From Spongospora subterranea f. sp. subterranea (Eukaryota): 64,000 bases of DNA. The stretch is taken from NCBI GenBank assembly GCA_049724395.1, contig JAUGWO010000038.1, forward strand, positions 1-64,000, written 5' to 3'. Below the pieces are notes generated by a model, which saw only the letters and a list, made by a program, of their open reading frames with translations, was not told the DNA's origin and ran no database searches. Made by a program: the position numbers and the translations under genes. Shown here piece by piece: positions 22,964 through 35,616 of this stretch; position 1 is the first letter of the stretch; each line of letters starts with the position of its first letter.

Positions 22964-25554
22964 TAATCACACGATATTGTAACCCCACCAGAGTCGTTTG
23001 ACTACATTATCGTTACCGGTCCATCATAATCAGATGATATTGTAACCCCACCAGAGTCGTTTGACTATGTACATTATCGTTACCGGTCCATCATAATCAC
23101 ATGATATTGTAACCCCACCAGAGTCGTTTGACTATGTACATTATCGTTACCGGTCCATCATAATCACATGATATTGTAACCCCACCAGAGTCGTTTGACT
23201 ATGTACATTATCGTTACCGGTCCATCATAATCACATGATATTGTAACCCCACCAGAGTCATTTGACTACATTATCGTTACCGGTCCATCATAATCAGATG
23301 ATATTGTAACCCCACCAGAGTCGTTTGACTATGTACATTATCGTTACCGGTTTGTAACCCCACCAGAGTCATTTGACTACATTATCGTTACCAGTCCATC
23401 ATAATCAGATGATATTGTAACCCCACCAGAGTCGTTTGACTATGTACATTATCGTTACCGGTCCATCATAATCAGATGATATTGTAACCCCACCAGAGTC
23501 GTTTGACTATGTACATTATCGTTACCGGTCCATCATAATCACATGATATTGTAACCCCACCAGAGTCATTTGACTACATTATCGTTACCGGTCCATCATA
23601 ATCAGATGATATTGTAACCCCACCAGAGTCGTTTGACTATGTACATTATCGTTACCGGTCCATCATAATCACATGATATTGTAACCCCACCAGAGTCGTT
23701 TGACTATGTACATTATCGTTACCAGTCCATCATAATCAGATGATATTGTAACCCCACCAGAGTCGTTTGACTATGTACATTATCGTTACCGGTCCATCAT
23801 AATCACATGATATTGTAACCCCACCAGAGTCGTTTGACTATGTACATTATCGTTACCGGTCCATCATAATCACATGATATTGTAACCCCACCAGAGTCAT
23901 TTGACTACATTATCGTTACCGGTCCATCATAATCAGATGATATTGTAACCCCACCAGAGTCGTTTGACTATGTACATTATCGTTACCGGTCCATCATAAT
24001 CACACGATATTGTAACCCCACCAGAGTCGTTTGACTATGTACATTATCGTTACCGGTCCATCATAATCACATGATATTGTAACCCCACCAGAGTCATTTG
24101 ACTACATTATCGTTACCAGTCCATCATAATCAGATGATATTGTAACCCCACCAGAGTCGTTTGACTATGTACATTATCGTTACCGGTCCATCATAATCAG
24201 ATGATATTGTAACCCCACCAGAGTCGTTTGACTATGTACATTATCGTTACCGGTCCATCATAATCACATGATATTGTAACCCCACCAGAGTCATTTGACT
24301 ACATTATCGTTACCGGTCCATCATAATCAGATGATATTGTAACCCCACCAGAGTCGTTTGACTATGTACATTATCGTTACCGGTCCATCATAATCACATG
24401 ATATTGTAACCCCACCAGAGTCATTTGACTACATTATCGTTACCGGTCCATCATAATCAGATGATATTGTAACCCCACCAGAGTCGTTTGACTATGTACA
24501 TTATCGTTACCGGTCCATCATAATCAGATGATATTGTAACCCCACCAGAGTCATTTGACTACATTATCGTTACCGGTCCATCATAATCAGATGATATTGT
24601 AACCCCACCAGAGTCGTTTGACTATGTACATTATCGTTACCGGTCCATCATAATCACATGATATTGTAACCCCACCAGAGTCGTTTGACTATGTACATTA
24701 TCGTTACCAGTCCATCATAATCAGATGATATTGTAACCCCACCAGAGTCGTTTGACTATGTACATTATCGTTACCGGTCCATCATAATCACATGATATTG
24801 TAACCCCACCAGAGTCGTTTGACTATGTACATTATCGTTACCGGTCCATCATAATCAGATGATATTGTAACCCCACCAGAGTCGTTTGACTATGTACATT
24901 ATCGTTACCGGTCCATCATAATCACATGATATTGTAACCCCACCAGAGTCATTTGACTACATTATCGTTACCAGTCCATCATAATCAGATGATATTGTAA
25001 CCCCACCAGAGTCGTTTGACTATGTACATTATCGTTACCGGTCCATCATAATCAGATGATATTGTAACCCCACCAGAGTCGTTTGACTATGTACATTATC
25101 GTTACCGGTCCATCATAATCACATGATATTGTAACCCCACCAGAGTCATTTGACTACATTATCGTTACCGGTCCATCATAATCAGATGATATTGTAACCC
25201 CACCAGAGTCGTTTGACTATGTACATTATCGTTACCGGTCCATCATAATCAGATGATATTGTAACCCCACCAGAGTCATTTGACTACATTATCGTTACCG
25301 GTCCATCATAATCAGATGATATTGTAACCCCACCAGAGTCGTTTGACTATGTACATTATCGTTACCGGTCCATCATAATCACATGATATTGTAACCCCAC
25401 CAGAGTCATTTGACTACATTATCGTTACCGGTCCATCATAATCAGATGATATTGTAACCCCATCAGAGTCATTTGACTACATTATCGTTACCGGTCCATC
25501 ATAATCAGATGATATTGTAACCCCATCAGAGTCATTTGACGCATTATCGTTACC
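22964..25554. repeat. Tandem satellite, 40 copies of a 63/67-bp unit
   Basis: Unit GATATTGTAACCCCACCAGAGTC(G/A)TTTGAC(TATG)TACATTATCGTTACC(G/A)GTCCATCATAATCA(C/G)AT. 40 copies counted by eye. No unique spacers and no ORF. Confidence 0.98.
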
Positions 25555-26164
25555 ACCTTAAGAGCGTGTCAAATGCATGGGTTCAGATGTCGAGTCTGGC
25601 TGCCGTTGACGCGAGATCACAATATTGTGTGTTCTAAGAAGGCCAGGGTGTATATTCGATATTTGTTAAGTGATCAAATTTGTCTGTTTGCTGTGAAGGC
25701 TTTCGACCAAAACGGCAACGAAATCGCCGCGTACTTGCGATGCATTGCCCGAATATATGTAGCAGTCGGATGCCGTCGTTGGCAAAATTTGGAGTCGGTC
25801 GGCGCCCAGGCTGAAAACAATCGGTTTGTCGAACGGGTAACGTCAACCCCGAGGAACGATGGCGGAGAAGTTTAACTCTGGTACTACATTCATGTCTAAT
25901 TTATATAGTGAACCCACCATTTTTAACTGAAGAAGTTTCTAGTATAGTGTTGGTACCCCTTTCATCGTTTGATTATTTTGACCTTACGTTTGAATCCTAT
26001 TGATTCTGATTTTCGATATTCACGATCTGATTCAAAGGCAAAAGCTGTCGTGAAATCTGATCTTATCCTGTCACCAACATGATAACTGGGTAAAAAACAA
26101 ATACCATTTCCACCCCAGTTGTGCAATGGTTTATGGTACAACAGGTAGGATGATCTTCATCTGG

Positions 26165-27027
26165 TTAAGAAAACTTGGGTGGGCCGTATTGCAACATTCG
26201 CTTCCAGGAAACGGGCCAAAAGTCGTTGGATCTTGATAGATTAAACGAAAACTGCATCTGAGTTAGAAAAAATGCTTTTGATGGGCTTTTTGGCGAACCT
26301 CATACGGGTAGACAGGGGATTGAATCGGCGGAAGATGATCATGCCTCTCATTGACCAATTCTATGATACTCATCAATGCATCACGAAGGACGCTTTCGAT
26401 GTTTTTTGAAGTGAGCTCTGCGTTTCTCCAACGTCGAGACTCTGCCGATATATCCTGATCAATAATATTAGTCAGAAGCGACAATATAAAAAACTGAATA
26501 ACTAACGCTTGAAATTAACTGTTTGATTGTGATTGGTATCGACCACATCTCCCAAAAGACTTTCTCTTCTTTCGTAGTAAGGAACAACGTTTTTGAAAAT
26601 TGTTTTTCATAGAACGCCAAAGTAACCTGGATTCGTTAAAATCGACTGACAAATTTTGCAGAAATGGGCTTTACCACTGCGCCACCATTTTTGGTTAAGC
26701 TCTGATAGAATTGGTCAATCTTGCTATCAATATCATCGATCATCTTCTGGTCATCAATGGCGCTATACTGTATATGGAGTCCATGGCATTCCATATCCCT
26801 GGCACGTATTGATCCCAACGCTCGGTTGAACAAGATAGTGTGGACCAACGCTATATAGCAACGCTATTCAGAACTTAATCACAAAATCAATGTTATTCCA
26901 TCATCACATCTAATCACAGTCTTCGCATGAATCCTATCAACCTCCTAGACCCAAATCAATACAAGCGCTGCTTGAAGAAAAGTTGCCCTCCTACAACGGG
27001 TTTTAAACTGAATTTCTGGAGATTCAT
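26165..27027 (-). CDS. ATG101: Autophagy-related protein 101 (HORMA domain), multi-exon
   Basis: LVHTILFNRALGSIRARD, VTLAFYEK, KVFWEMWSIP, IIELVNERHDHLPPI, WKRMLQYGPP. ATG at 27027, TAA at 26167-26165. Confidence 0.85.
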
Positions 27028-28453
27028 AGAAGAGTTCGCTGAGTCTGACAGTTACTTGATGCTCGAAAACGATGAATTGACGTAGATGGGTCCCAAACGC
27101 CGACTGATGTGTGCCCGGTCAATTACCGGACCGATTATTGCGCAAGTCAATATCTGACTCTGGTTGTCCCAAATGGGCATATTCGCCGTTCAGGAGGAAA
27201 TTTATTTTCGACCGCTTTAAAATAGAATGTGGGATTTGTTGTTCGTGAAGTTTATCTGGAACAGTAATACTTTTTAATTCGGCGACACCGTTTTCACAAG
27301 GGGGTCGATATCGCTACTGAACAGTTCCAATGCATGGTCGTAAACCGTGATTTTAGTCCAAAAAACATTTGCTGCCTTGGATCTCCCCTTGCTAGGCCCA
27401 GGATTGATTGATGAAAAAAAAGCATACAGTAAGATTCACAGATTCACAAGTTGACGAGGTCATTATGAAAGAACAAAAGCAGATGCACTCGGAAATGTTG
27501 GCGCAACGGAATCATTGCGTGAATCTTCTTTGTTAACGTCTTGCATGGCGATCCAACAATAAGTACTCGAAGCTCCATTCTCAAGCCTATTGCTATTGCT
27601 TTTCTGTTCACCTCTCGTTTCAAGTCCATGTCGGGCCTCCATGCCGAGGTAGCCACTGTGTTTTTTCAAACTTTGAATATGTGGACGTAAAGGTACTGCA
27701 TTTGACTTCCGGAAAAATCCATTTGTAGATCGGCAGACCAGAAGCACCAACGGGTAAGTCGGCTCTCTGTCAACGGCAGTTTGCGCTCAAACGATCATTG
27801 AAATCGTCCGCCGTTTTCTGTCTCAAAATGCATACGAGGATCAATTAGACCGTTTATCCGTTCAGCATCAGAGTGATGATAAAAATCTGCATCATCGACA
27901 TTTGCAAACCAATACTCGGACTGCAAAACAATACACAGTTTAACTTCACTCCCATTGTGATACAAGATTTAGTGAATACGGCTTCTGCTTAACGCCATCT
28001 GCAGAACAAACAACAAGCTTAACAATCGCTTTCATCCAACACATCAGAACTGCATGAGTCAGTACAGTGCAAATTGCCTTGTCCATGAATGACAGACAGG
28101 TTGTCGACATCTGATTTGCTGGTCTAAAGGTTCCTTCATCGGATACCCAAGCTACTTGTAGCGGCCAGGCGGAAGTAGGGAAAACCTGGTAGTACACATG
28201 ATTACCCGACCCAAAAGAACCCGCGAACCTTTGTACACCATACCATACCGACATCTGATTTTGTGTAAAAGCGAATTTACAGACACCGTCTTAGCATGCA
28301 TTGGGCGACTGTTTCAGATTTGCCATCTTGAGCAAATGGGCTGCGCCCACGGACAGCACCTTACATTACACCAGGACAGGCGATCAGTGGATCGGTATCG
28401 AAAACCAGGTCGTGTCGGTCGGTCGTTCTGGCAATCAGATAACCCTTTCGGGG

Positions 28454-28898
28454 ATGAGTGAATTATCAGAATGGCTCGAATGTCAGTTTCGCGTTTTTTA
28501 CAATCTCCTGTTGCGTCCTTATTACGATATCAGCTGTTGTTAGTGTTATTACAAACGATGGGAGGAATCTCATCGGGCGTTTACGAGGATTCGATCAGGT
28601 TGGTTCCTGAATCTGATTGTGCTACGCTCATCGTGATCGTTCTCGTTAGTGTATCAATATAGTTCTGGAAGAATGCCATGAGCGTGTGTATTCAACCACT
28701 GCGGGAGTTGAACAAGTTGTGCTTGGGCTCTATGTCGTACGAGGAGATAATATGTATGCATTAGAATGTTTGGCACCGAGTACTTTAATATCAATAATGC
28801 TGCATAGATCTATTATCGGCGAACTCGAGCATGACATCGATGCCCAACTTGATTTGGGCTCAATCCGGGCAGAACCGTTAAAAGCTATTGTGCATTGA
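28454..28898 (+). CDS. LSM8: U6 snRNA-associated Sm-like protein LSm8, 4 exons
   Basis: MSELSEWL / VITNDGRNLIGRLRGFDQ / NIVLEECHERVYSTTAGVEQVVLGLYVVRGDN / SIIGELEHDIDAQLDLGSIRAEPLKAIVH. Confidence 0.95.
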
Positions 28899-29054
28899 AG
28901 AGATAAAAATATAGGAGCATTTCTAAACACGTCCATTAGTCCGATGCCGTACGTTCAAAATAAAATTATTGAAGAATCATGAAAGGTATATATATTGAAA
29001 ATTGTGAATATTGTACTTGCATTGAGTACCGAAGCTAGCCAGCGCTATGCGTAC

Positions 29055-31112
29055 CTATAAACCACTCCTGCTGCCTGGTTTGAATCCATTGGTTCCATCC
29101 GGTCCTTGGGCCAGTCTGGCAACTTGCCGAACACGATTCACATTTGGGTTAACAACCCGAGGCGTGCTACTCAACTGCTCCATGCTTCGAGCGAGAGCTT
29201 CATCAGCTTCTGTCACCGTCGCTTCCTTGGTGCGTTCGATAGACCGAGCTATTCTTTGCTTCTTGCGCGCATTATAAGTTAGATTGCCGACAAGAACCTC
29301 ATCATTGACTCGAAGGACAACGCCACCGATAACATCATGAAGAGAATAAGCTACTGACTCGTCTCCGACTCGAATTGACCCTCCTCCAGGATAGACTGAC
29401 TCGACGATACCTTTCTTCGGGACCAAGCGCAGATGAGAAATGCGGGATTTTCCGTTGCCAGGGTCAGAAAGTCGGAATGCAAACTCGACTTCATCGCCTG
29501 CTCTTGCTGCTGTTTTCAACGCCAGAAAATCGGTTGCGCTGAAGACATATGTGTCGACAGATAGATTGACCTTGGCCGCCGATTCCGCATTTAACTGAAG
29601 GGTTCCGAGAGGCTTTTCAGCAGGTGAATTGGCCTGGGGTATTGATTCTGCTCTTCCCCAAACAGGAACAGCAGATCTAGAACCCGCTTCTTTGGTGATG
29701 GTCCCACGTAAATCCACAGTGTCGAATTTTACAGTACCTGCGGGAAGAGTCGTCAGTCTTGAAGCGCTCAATTGATCTTTGCCGACATGCACATTGAATT
29801 CAACTTCATCTCCAACAGCAACAGACTGAATATTCTGGTCGAAAATCTCACTAAAATGGAAGAACAGGGGATCCTGACGCAATTCGCATTTGATGAAGCC
29901 GTATTGCGGTTTGATAACAGTAACAATTCCCCGTTCCCGACCAATTGGAGATGGAACCAATAAAACCACTCCTGTTGCTGATGAAGCGCGGGTTTGAAGA
30001 TGAGTCGCGACTTTAAACTCGACTTCATCGCCGGGAATTAGTTCGAACCTAGGATCTGCAACATCATTATTACCAAACGAGAGGGTCCGGGACACCAGGC
30101 CTGGTCTCGATAACGGCGACATTATCCTGGATATTGGAGCCGATTGACTGATTGTTGGCTCATCACCGTCATCTGGTTCGAAGAATTCAATGTTTCCCAT
30201 ATCTTGACTGCCATCAACAACGCGTTTCGCCTTTGGGCCTTTAACAACGGATATACCTTGGCTAACAACGCCCCGTCGAGGTGTTGAATCAATTTTTTGT
30301 TGAGCCAAAGTCCCAGCTTGCAAAGCCATAACTTGTGTCGCGTGAATCTGGTTTTTCTTGTTACAGCCGACACAGAACGATACTTCCAATCCTGGATGCA
30401 CCGGAATACTACTATTAATCAACTCGGAAAAATGAAAGAACATCTGCTGTTGATCTCGATCAAAACACCTGATAAATCCGTAAGAATCTTTGACACAGAC
30501 AACAACCCCGGTTTCTCGATTGTTGCTTGAATCATTAACCATTTGCGGTGATTGTAGCCTCTCCGCCGGGCGAATACATACAATGTTAGTCGCGCCTTGC
30601 CTGCTCGACCGTTTTTCTGTGAATAATTGAAATTCGACAATGTCGCCAGGCAGTAGAATAGAAGAATTTTGAACGTCGCTAACGTCACGCCCACTAAACT
30701 CCAATACCACATAAGGCCCATTCGTGCTCATCAGAACTTCGCCGGCATTCACTCCAGGCACTTGCTGTAGTTCAGCTCGAATTCGGCCGCCGAATGGTTC
30801 TCCAGGAGCCGATCCCGCCTGAATCTGGAGTTCGCGTTCAATAACACCTCTGGACCTGAACTCGGAGACTTCTTCGAAGACAACAGTTCCTGGGGGTAAT
30901 ATCAAGACTTGGCTAGCGCTAAGTCGTTTTGTTTCAGGATCAGACAGCACAACGAATGACACTTCATCACCACGGTCGACTTCGCGTTTGGGCGAAGTAT
31001 TCACCATTGAAGAGAAATGGAAAAAAAGTTTCTCTTCACGCTCTGCACATCGGATAAAGCCAAATGCGTCTTTGACAGTGATAACGACACCGGTTTCACG
31101 AACTGAACTCAT
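29055..31112 (-). CDS. CSDE1: Multi cold-shock-domain RNA-binding protein, CSDE1/UNR-like
   Basis: Three canonical CSDs (RETGVV..FGFIRC..LFFHFS; RETGVV..YGFIRC..MFFHFS; RERGIV..YGFIKC..LFFHFS) interleaved with PGDxVEF OB-like units. The C-terminus has a SUZ-C-like RLAQGPDGTNGF. Intronless ORF. Confidence 0.85.
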   Translation of the reverse strand: MSSVRETGVVITVKDAFGFIRCAEREEKLFFHFSSMVNTSPKREVDRGDEVSFVVLSDPETKRLSASQVLILPPGTVVFEEVSEFRSRGVIERELQIQAGSAPGEPFGGRIRAELQQVPGVNAGEVLMSTNGPYVVLEFSGRDVSDVQNSSILLPGDIVEFQLFTEKRSSRQGATNIVCIRPAERLQSPQMVNDSSNNRETGVVVCVKDSYGFIRCFDRDQQQMFFHFSELINSSIPVHPGLEVSFCVGCNKKNQIHATQVMALQAGTLAQQKIDSTPRRGVVSQGISVVKGPKAKRVVDGSQDMGNIEFFEPDDGDEPTISQSAPISRIMSPLSRPGLVSRTLSFGNNDVADPRFELIPGDEVEFKVATHLQTRASSATGVVLLVPSPIGRERGIVTVIKPQYGFIKCELRQDPLFFHFSEIFDQNIQSVAVGDEVEFNVHVGKDQLSASRLTTLPAGTVKFDTVDLRGTITKEAGSRSAVPVWGRAESIPQANSPAEKPLGTLQLNAESAAKVNLSVDTYVFSATDFLALKTAARAGDEVEFAFRLSDPGNGKSRISHLRLVPKKGIVESVYPGGGSIRVGDESVAYSLHDVIGGVVLRVNDEVLVGNLTYNARKKQRIARSIERTKEATVTEADEALARSMEQLSSTPRVVNPNVNRVRQVARLAQGPDGTNGFKPGSRSGL

Positions 31113-31759
31113 GACTGGGACGACTTTCGGATACCAACTGTGATGGGTGGAGGGATAAAGGATGATGAAAGACCGGTTACTGGGAGTTGCTGATCGCAAA
31201 GATAAACCTGATAATTACCCGATACTTGTGGATCGGTTTGCAGTTGATGATGACGATCGACACAGGAACGGAGACCCGTTTCGAGCTCTAAAGGTTGGGT
31301 TGGTTTATGATTAACGAACTGGAGTGGAACTGGCGGAACGGAGTGTACAACCCCTTTCATAAGCCGACATCGTGGGTTGCGCTGAAGGAACGTCAGGGCG
31401 CCCACTAAGTCACACCTGGTCGGCTCAAACCAATGGAAAATCCACCAAGTGATTTCGAATGGAGATGGTAATAGGATCAATGTCAACAGCATTCAAAGCC
31501 AAAGTCAAACACTAAATTCCAAGAAGGTTCCGGATTTTCTATAACCACATACATTACAAAGCAATACCTGAATCCAGATTTGGCTGACATGGTCTATTCT
31601 TATGCACATTTGTATCGCTTTCGCAAGTAGACTTTGTCGTAGTTAAACATCCTTTTTTTACAGTTTTTTTTACGATAACTCTGATTATTTCAAAATACCA
31701 ATAGCTCAGTGGAAGCTTGTTTGTTCATTCTGCTTTTGAAGACCGATGAATCGTTCAAG

Positions 31760-33275
31760 TCAATTCTCTTCTTCTGCGATTTTCTTGAGAATAGAATCAT
31801 TGAGTTGTCGTTCGGTAGGTGTCCTATATCCAATCTGTTGTTAGTACTATATCGTATACATCGATTTCATTGCTGACATCTCAATCTTTTGTTGAAGCTT
31901 TTTAGCTTCCAGTTGATGCATCTGCTCTTGCAATTCAGCCTGCAGGCGGCGCTTTTCAAGGTTAGCCTGATTTTCAAGCTTCTCTCTCTTTTCTCGGTCA
32001 ATGTTCGCCATAATAACTAGTTTATCTTTATACTCCATTTCTACCTGTTACAACCGCATTATCAGTGATTGTCGTTGCTTTCTATAGAAACCCACCTTCT
32101 TCATAGCCGCCTTCCGGTTGATCTTTTCCTCGATTTGCTGTAATAGCACTGAATGATCCCGATCAATCGCAATCTGCCTAGCTTCTGCTTCCTCGCGCTG
32201 CCTTTGGTCTTCAAGCTTCGCAATATGCTCTTGGTCACGCGCGATGCGTTCATCCTCAAGCTTCAGTTGTTCATTCCGTTGTAATCGAATTTGCTCATAT
32301 CCTGCATCGTTATGCTGCTGTTTGATATGCCGAAGCTCAATCACCCGCCGCCGCTCTAGTTCTTCTTTATCTTTTATATCGTTGTACAGCTGTTGTACCT
32401 CCTTGTTTTTTAATACTTCTTCCTGTGCCAATGCCTTCTTCGCAGCCCGCTCTTTATTGTTTTCACAGATAACTTGCCACTGATGCTTACGATTGCTGTT
32501 TTTCAAATATTGCCGCCTGAACCTTTTCATGTTCTAATTTTTTCTTTAGACTCTCACTCGCCCTTTGTTCCATTTCGTGGTGCTCCTTCTTTTGCTTGCG
32601 TCGACTTACTTCTCGCTGATGAATCTGCTCTAGGCGTGATTCTTTCAACATTTCCAACTTTTTGGTTTTTTCCTCAGCAATTGCTTTGTTCTGTTGCATA
32701 TATATCTCCAGGTTCTTTTTCTTTTCTGCCGCTTCACGCTGATGGGCTGCTTGTACACTCTCTTCGTGCTCCTGGTGCAAGCGCATCTGCTCTTGTAGAC
32801 TGGCGCGATATTGTTCTTTTGTTTCCTCTTGCGTCTTGTGTAAACGTTGGACACTTTTCTCGAATTGCTTCTGTTCAAACGCGATAATGGATCCCCAATT
32901 CGCCTGCTCTTTAGTCTTGGGTAATGCGACATCTTGATGACGTGTTTTTCGTATTTTATCTCCCCATTGTTCCCGAATTAGGTCCTCGGCAATCAAATGA
33001 TCGAAGTCGGTCGCCGTATCAGAATCAACATAACTCAAAACATTTGTTTCCATGCTTTTGCTCACAATCTTTGGTGAAGGACGATCCTGTTCAGTATTAT
33101 GGGTTTTGCTATCAGACTGTTTCAAGACCTCCCCAGGCTTGGGTTTGGTTTTTCGAGCAATTTTAGCCAACAGAGAATCATCTTGTTCGGCCTCAAAATA
33201 CAGGCGCGCTAGGCGACGACGTGCCTCATTGGTTAGATGGCGGCCTGAATAAAGCGACGACGCAAAACTTGGCAT
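31760..33275 (-). CDS. E/K/Q/R-rich coiled-coil protein (trichoplein/TPH-like, possibly ciliary), multi-exon
   Basis: ORFs 32487..33326, 32048..32530 and 31847..32038 are separated by short GT-AG gaps. The protein ends TPTERQLNDSILKKIAEEEN*. The family call rests on composition. Confidence 0.6.
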
Positions 33276-33507
33276 CGGATATATTTGACACAATATCTTC
33301 GAAGAATCACATGCGAGCGTTTTCAAAATATCTTCCTAATTGTGATCATGAATCTGCTCCAGCAAAAATTGATGTATATAAAGTCAACGTTACAAACTCG
33401 AAATACAGCGTCATAGTTGAATGGTGTCCGTTGTCACTCTGTCTGGTCTTAGTGTATCATTAACTAAGTTTGGCTGACGCATTATTGCGTTTCTCGTTCC
33501 CGGAAAT

Positions 33508-34616
33508 ATGGGGGCTTTGACTCAACGGAAAGACAAATTGTTCCAGGAGCTGCCAGGTGTATTCGACCAGACGGTGATATTTAGAGATGCTGTCGCTAAG
33601 CAAAGCACGGCCAGAGGGGTTGCCCTTGGATCCTCGATCCTGAACAAATACTCTCCGTTCCCATTCGTAGACAGAGCTGTCGACATAGTCGGTGCTTAAC
33701 ATTTCATTACGATTGTTTTCCGGCTGATTTCTGTATTCAGATGCGACTATTGATCCAGAAAGAACAAATTTTGAGGAATCAAAGAGCAGCTTACATAGCC
33801 ATATCACAATATTCGGCTTATGCAATGTCTGATGAAGATCGAGAATCTTTCGATTTAGACATGACTAATTTTATCAAAAACTTTGATGAAAGTTTATCTT
33901 TGTTGAAATCGACAATCGCGTCATCTCCTAAAGAGTCACAAGATTGCAAAAAACATTGCGATCTGATCGTTTTATTTTTATACATGAGATTAAAGTCTTT
34001 CTCGCAAGAGGTGCAGGATATGAGAATCCATCGAACAAATCGACTAAAAAACATGCCTGGGAATGTCATGACGCATAAACGCATTGAAATGACATCTACT
34101 GTGCAATTTGCCAGATCAGCGCTGGAATTAGAAGATATTAAACCTGAAGATGACGTGATGTCGGCAGATCTTCAGCTAAGTTCTCAGCAAGTTGCCATTT
34201 TCGAACACGAGAACGCGTTACTACTATCAGAGCTCGATGCTGACATGGGCGCTATACGGCAGGCGGAAGCCAGGTATTGGTGTCATTGATGCTGTTGTTT
34301 GCGTGCGATGCTAATCAAACGCGAAGGCTTAATGAAATTGCTGAGTTATTCTCGCTTTTTTCAACAAAAGTGGTTGAACAGCAGCATCAAATTGAAAGCA
34401 TTTATGATAATATTGTACGTTTATCGCAACAATGAATTTCGTTCTTATTGCCGACTGAATACTCTCAAATAGGTTGTTGGAAAGTCCAACATGGATATGG
34501 CACTTGATCAGTTAAGGAAATATTTGAAACATGGCGCTAGTTTTCGGCTGAACATATTAGCAATTTTCGTCATCGCAGCGCTGTCACTTCTGTTCCTGGA
34601 TTGGTTTCAAGTTTGA
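33508..34616 (+). CDS. STX18: Syntaxin-18 / SYP81 / Ufe1-type ER Qa-SNARE, 4 exons
   Basis: DQTVIFR N-terminal motif; MSDEDRESFD; IFEHENALL; EIAELFSLFSTKVVEQQHQIESIYD; C-terminal TM ending SLLFLDWFQV*. Confidence 0.88.
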
Positions 34617-35616
34617 ATTGCCAAAATATATATATATACTCAGACCACCACCCCACGCTCGGTCGAACTTCTTATTCGTATTCCCTCGATCGAGCATCAT
34701 GGCAAAAACATGACTTACACTCTATATAATTAAAAAAATCGGATTTCATTGTTTCGATATCTAGACTCCACAAGGATTAGGTTGTATGTCAGAAAGGATT
34801 TGATTTTGGCATAATTATGTTTTGATCAAAATCGAACTTACTCGTTAATTGCAATTTATGCTTCAAAGGAAGAGAGCCAATTTCTAAAGCGCCTTTGCTT
34901 TTTTTCTCATCGCTGATGGAAGTCATCAAGTGGTTGTCGTCTTCAAATTAGCTGTCACAATACAGTATGATTCGCGATTTCTTTGGCCTTATTTTTCCAT
35001 ATGAATCAACTCAGTTTCAAATCTGTTGTTTGAAGGGATTCCCCTTGTTATTGAATACACACCTCGGACGCGAAAAAATGATTTTTGATTTGTTCCAATA
35101 GAGAAATTAGCCGTAGCGAAAATTTGGCAATCTTTCCACGTAGACCTTTTGAAGTACGCCGAATCTATAATGCTCAATGGGGTCCATTCGGCTTGCACGT
35201 GACACATCAAAAATGGATGTACATGGTGGACAGTATTGTTGACGACAAGTCTATTCGAATAGGTGATTTGGTAAAAGTTTTGCAGACCTTCCATAAAACA
35301 ACAGTAAGTGTTTTGGGATAAAACAGCCGCTGTCCCTGTTCTCACATCGTCAGGACCCGTGAGTTGATTCCGAAATCTATGGGACAGCATTGTAGGGTTT
35401 CACAGGACAACATCTCTACATTTCGACAAAATCAAAACAAATTTGCAGATTTGATCCTTGGACCAATCGTCTTGTTTCAAGAGTAAGTTCGGTCACTTAC
35501 GGTAAAGATAATTTTGTTCGACACTTGCTGAGTTGCGCACTTTATTGACTTGACTAATTCTCCGAAGATCATTGAATAATTTTAGTCAAATGGAGTTTCT
35601 GTAATCGCGAAAGATC

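Noticed and set aside
22964..25554. CRISPR array or telomeric tract
   Set aside because: Units are contiguous with no unique spacers, there are no cas genes, and the context is eukaryotic. TAACCCC occurs only once per 63/67-bp unit, not as a simple telomeric repeat.
27100..28400. Possible minus-strand multi-exon gene between ATG101 and LSM8
   Set aside because: Short ORFs exist, but I could not build a consistent spliced model or assign a family.
34960..35430. Possible small gene between STX18 and the Exo84-like gene
   Set aside because: There are competing ORFs on both strands with no recognisable homology.
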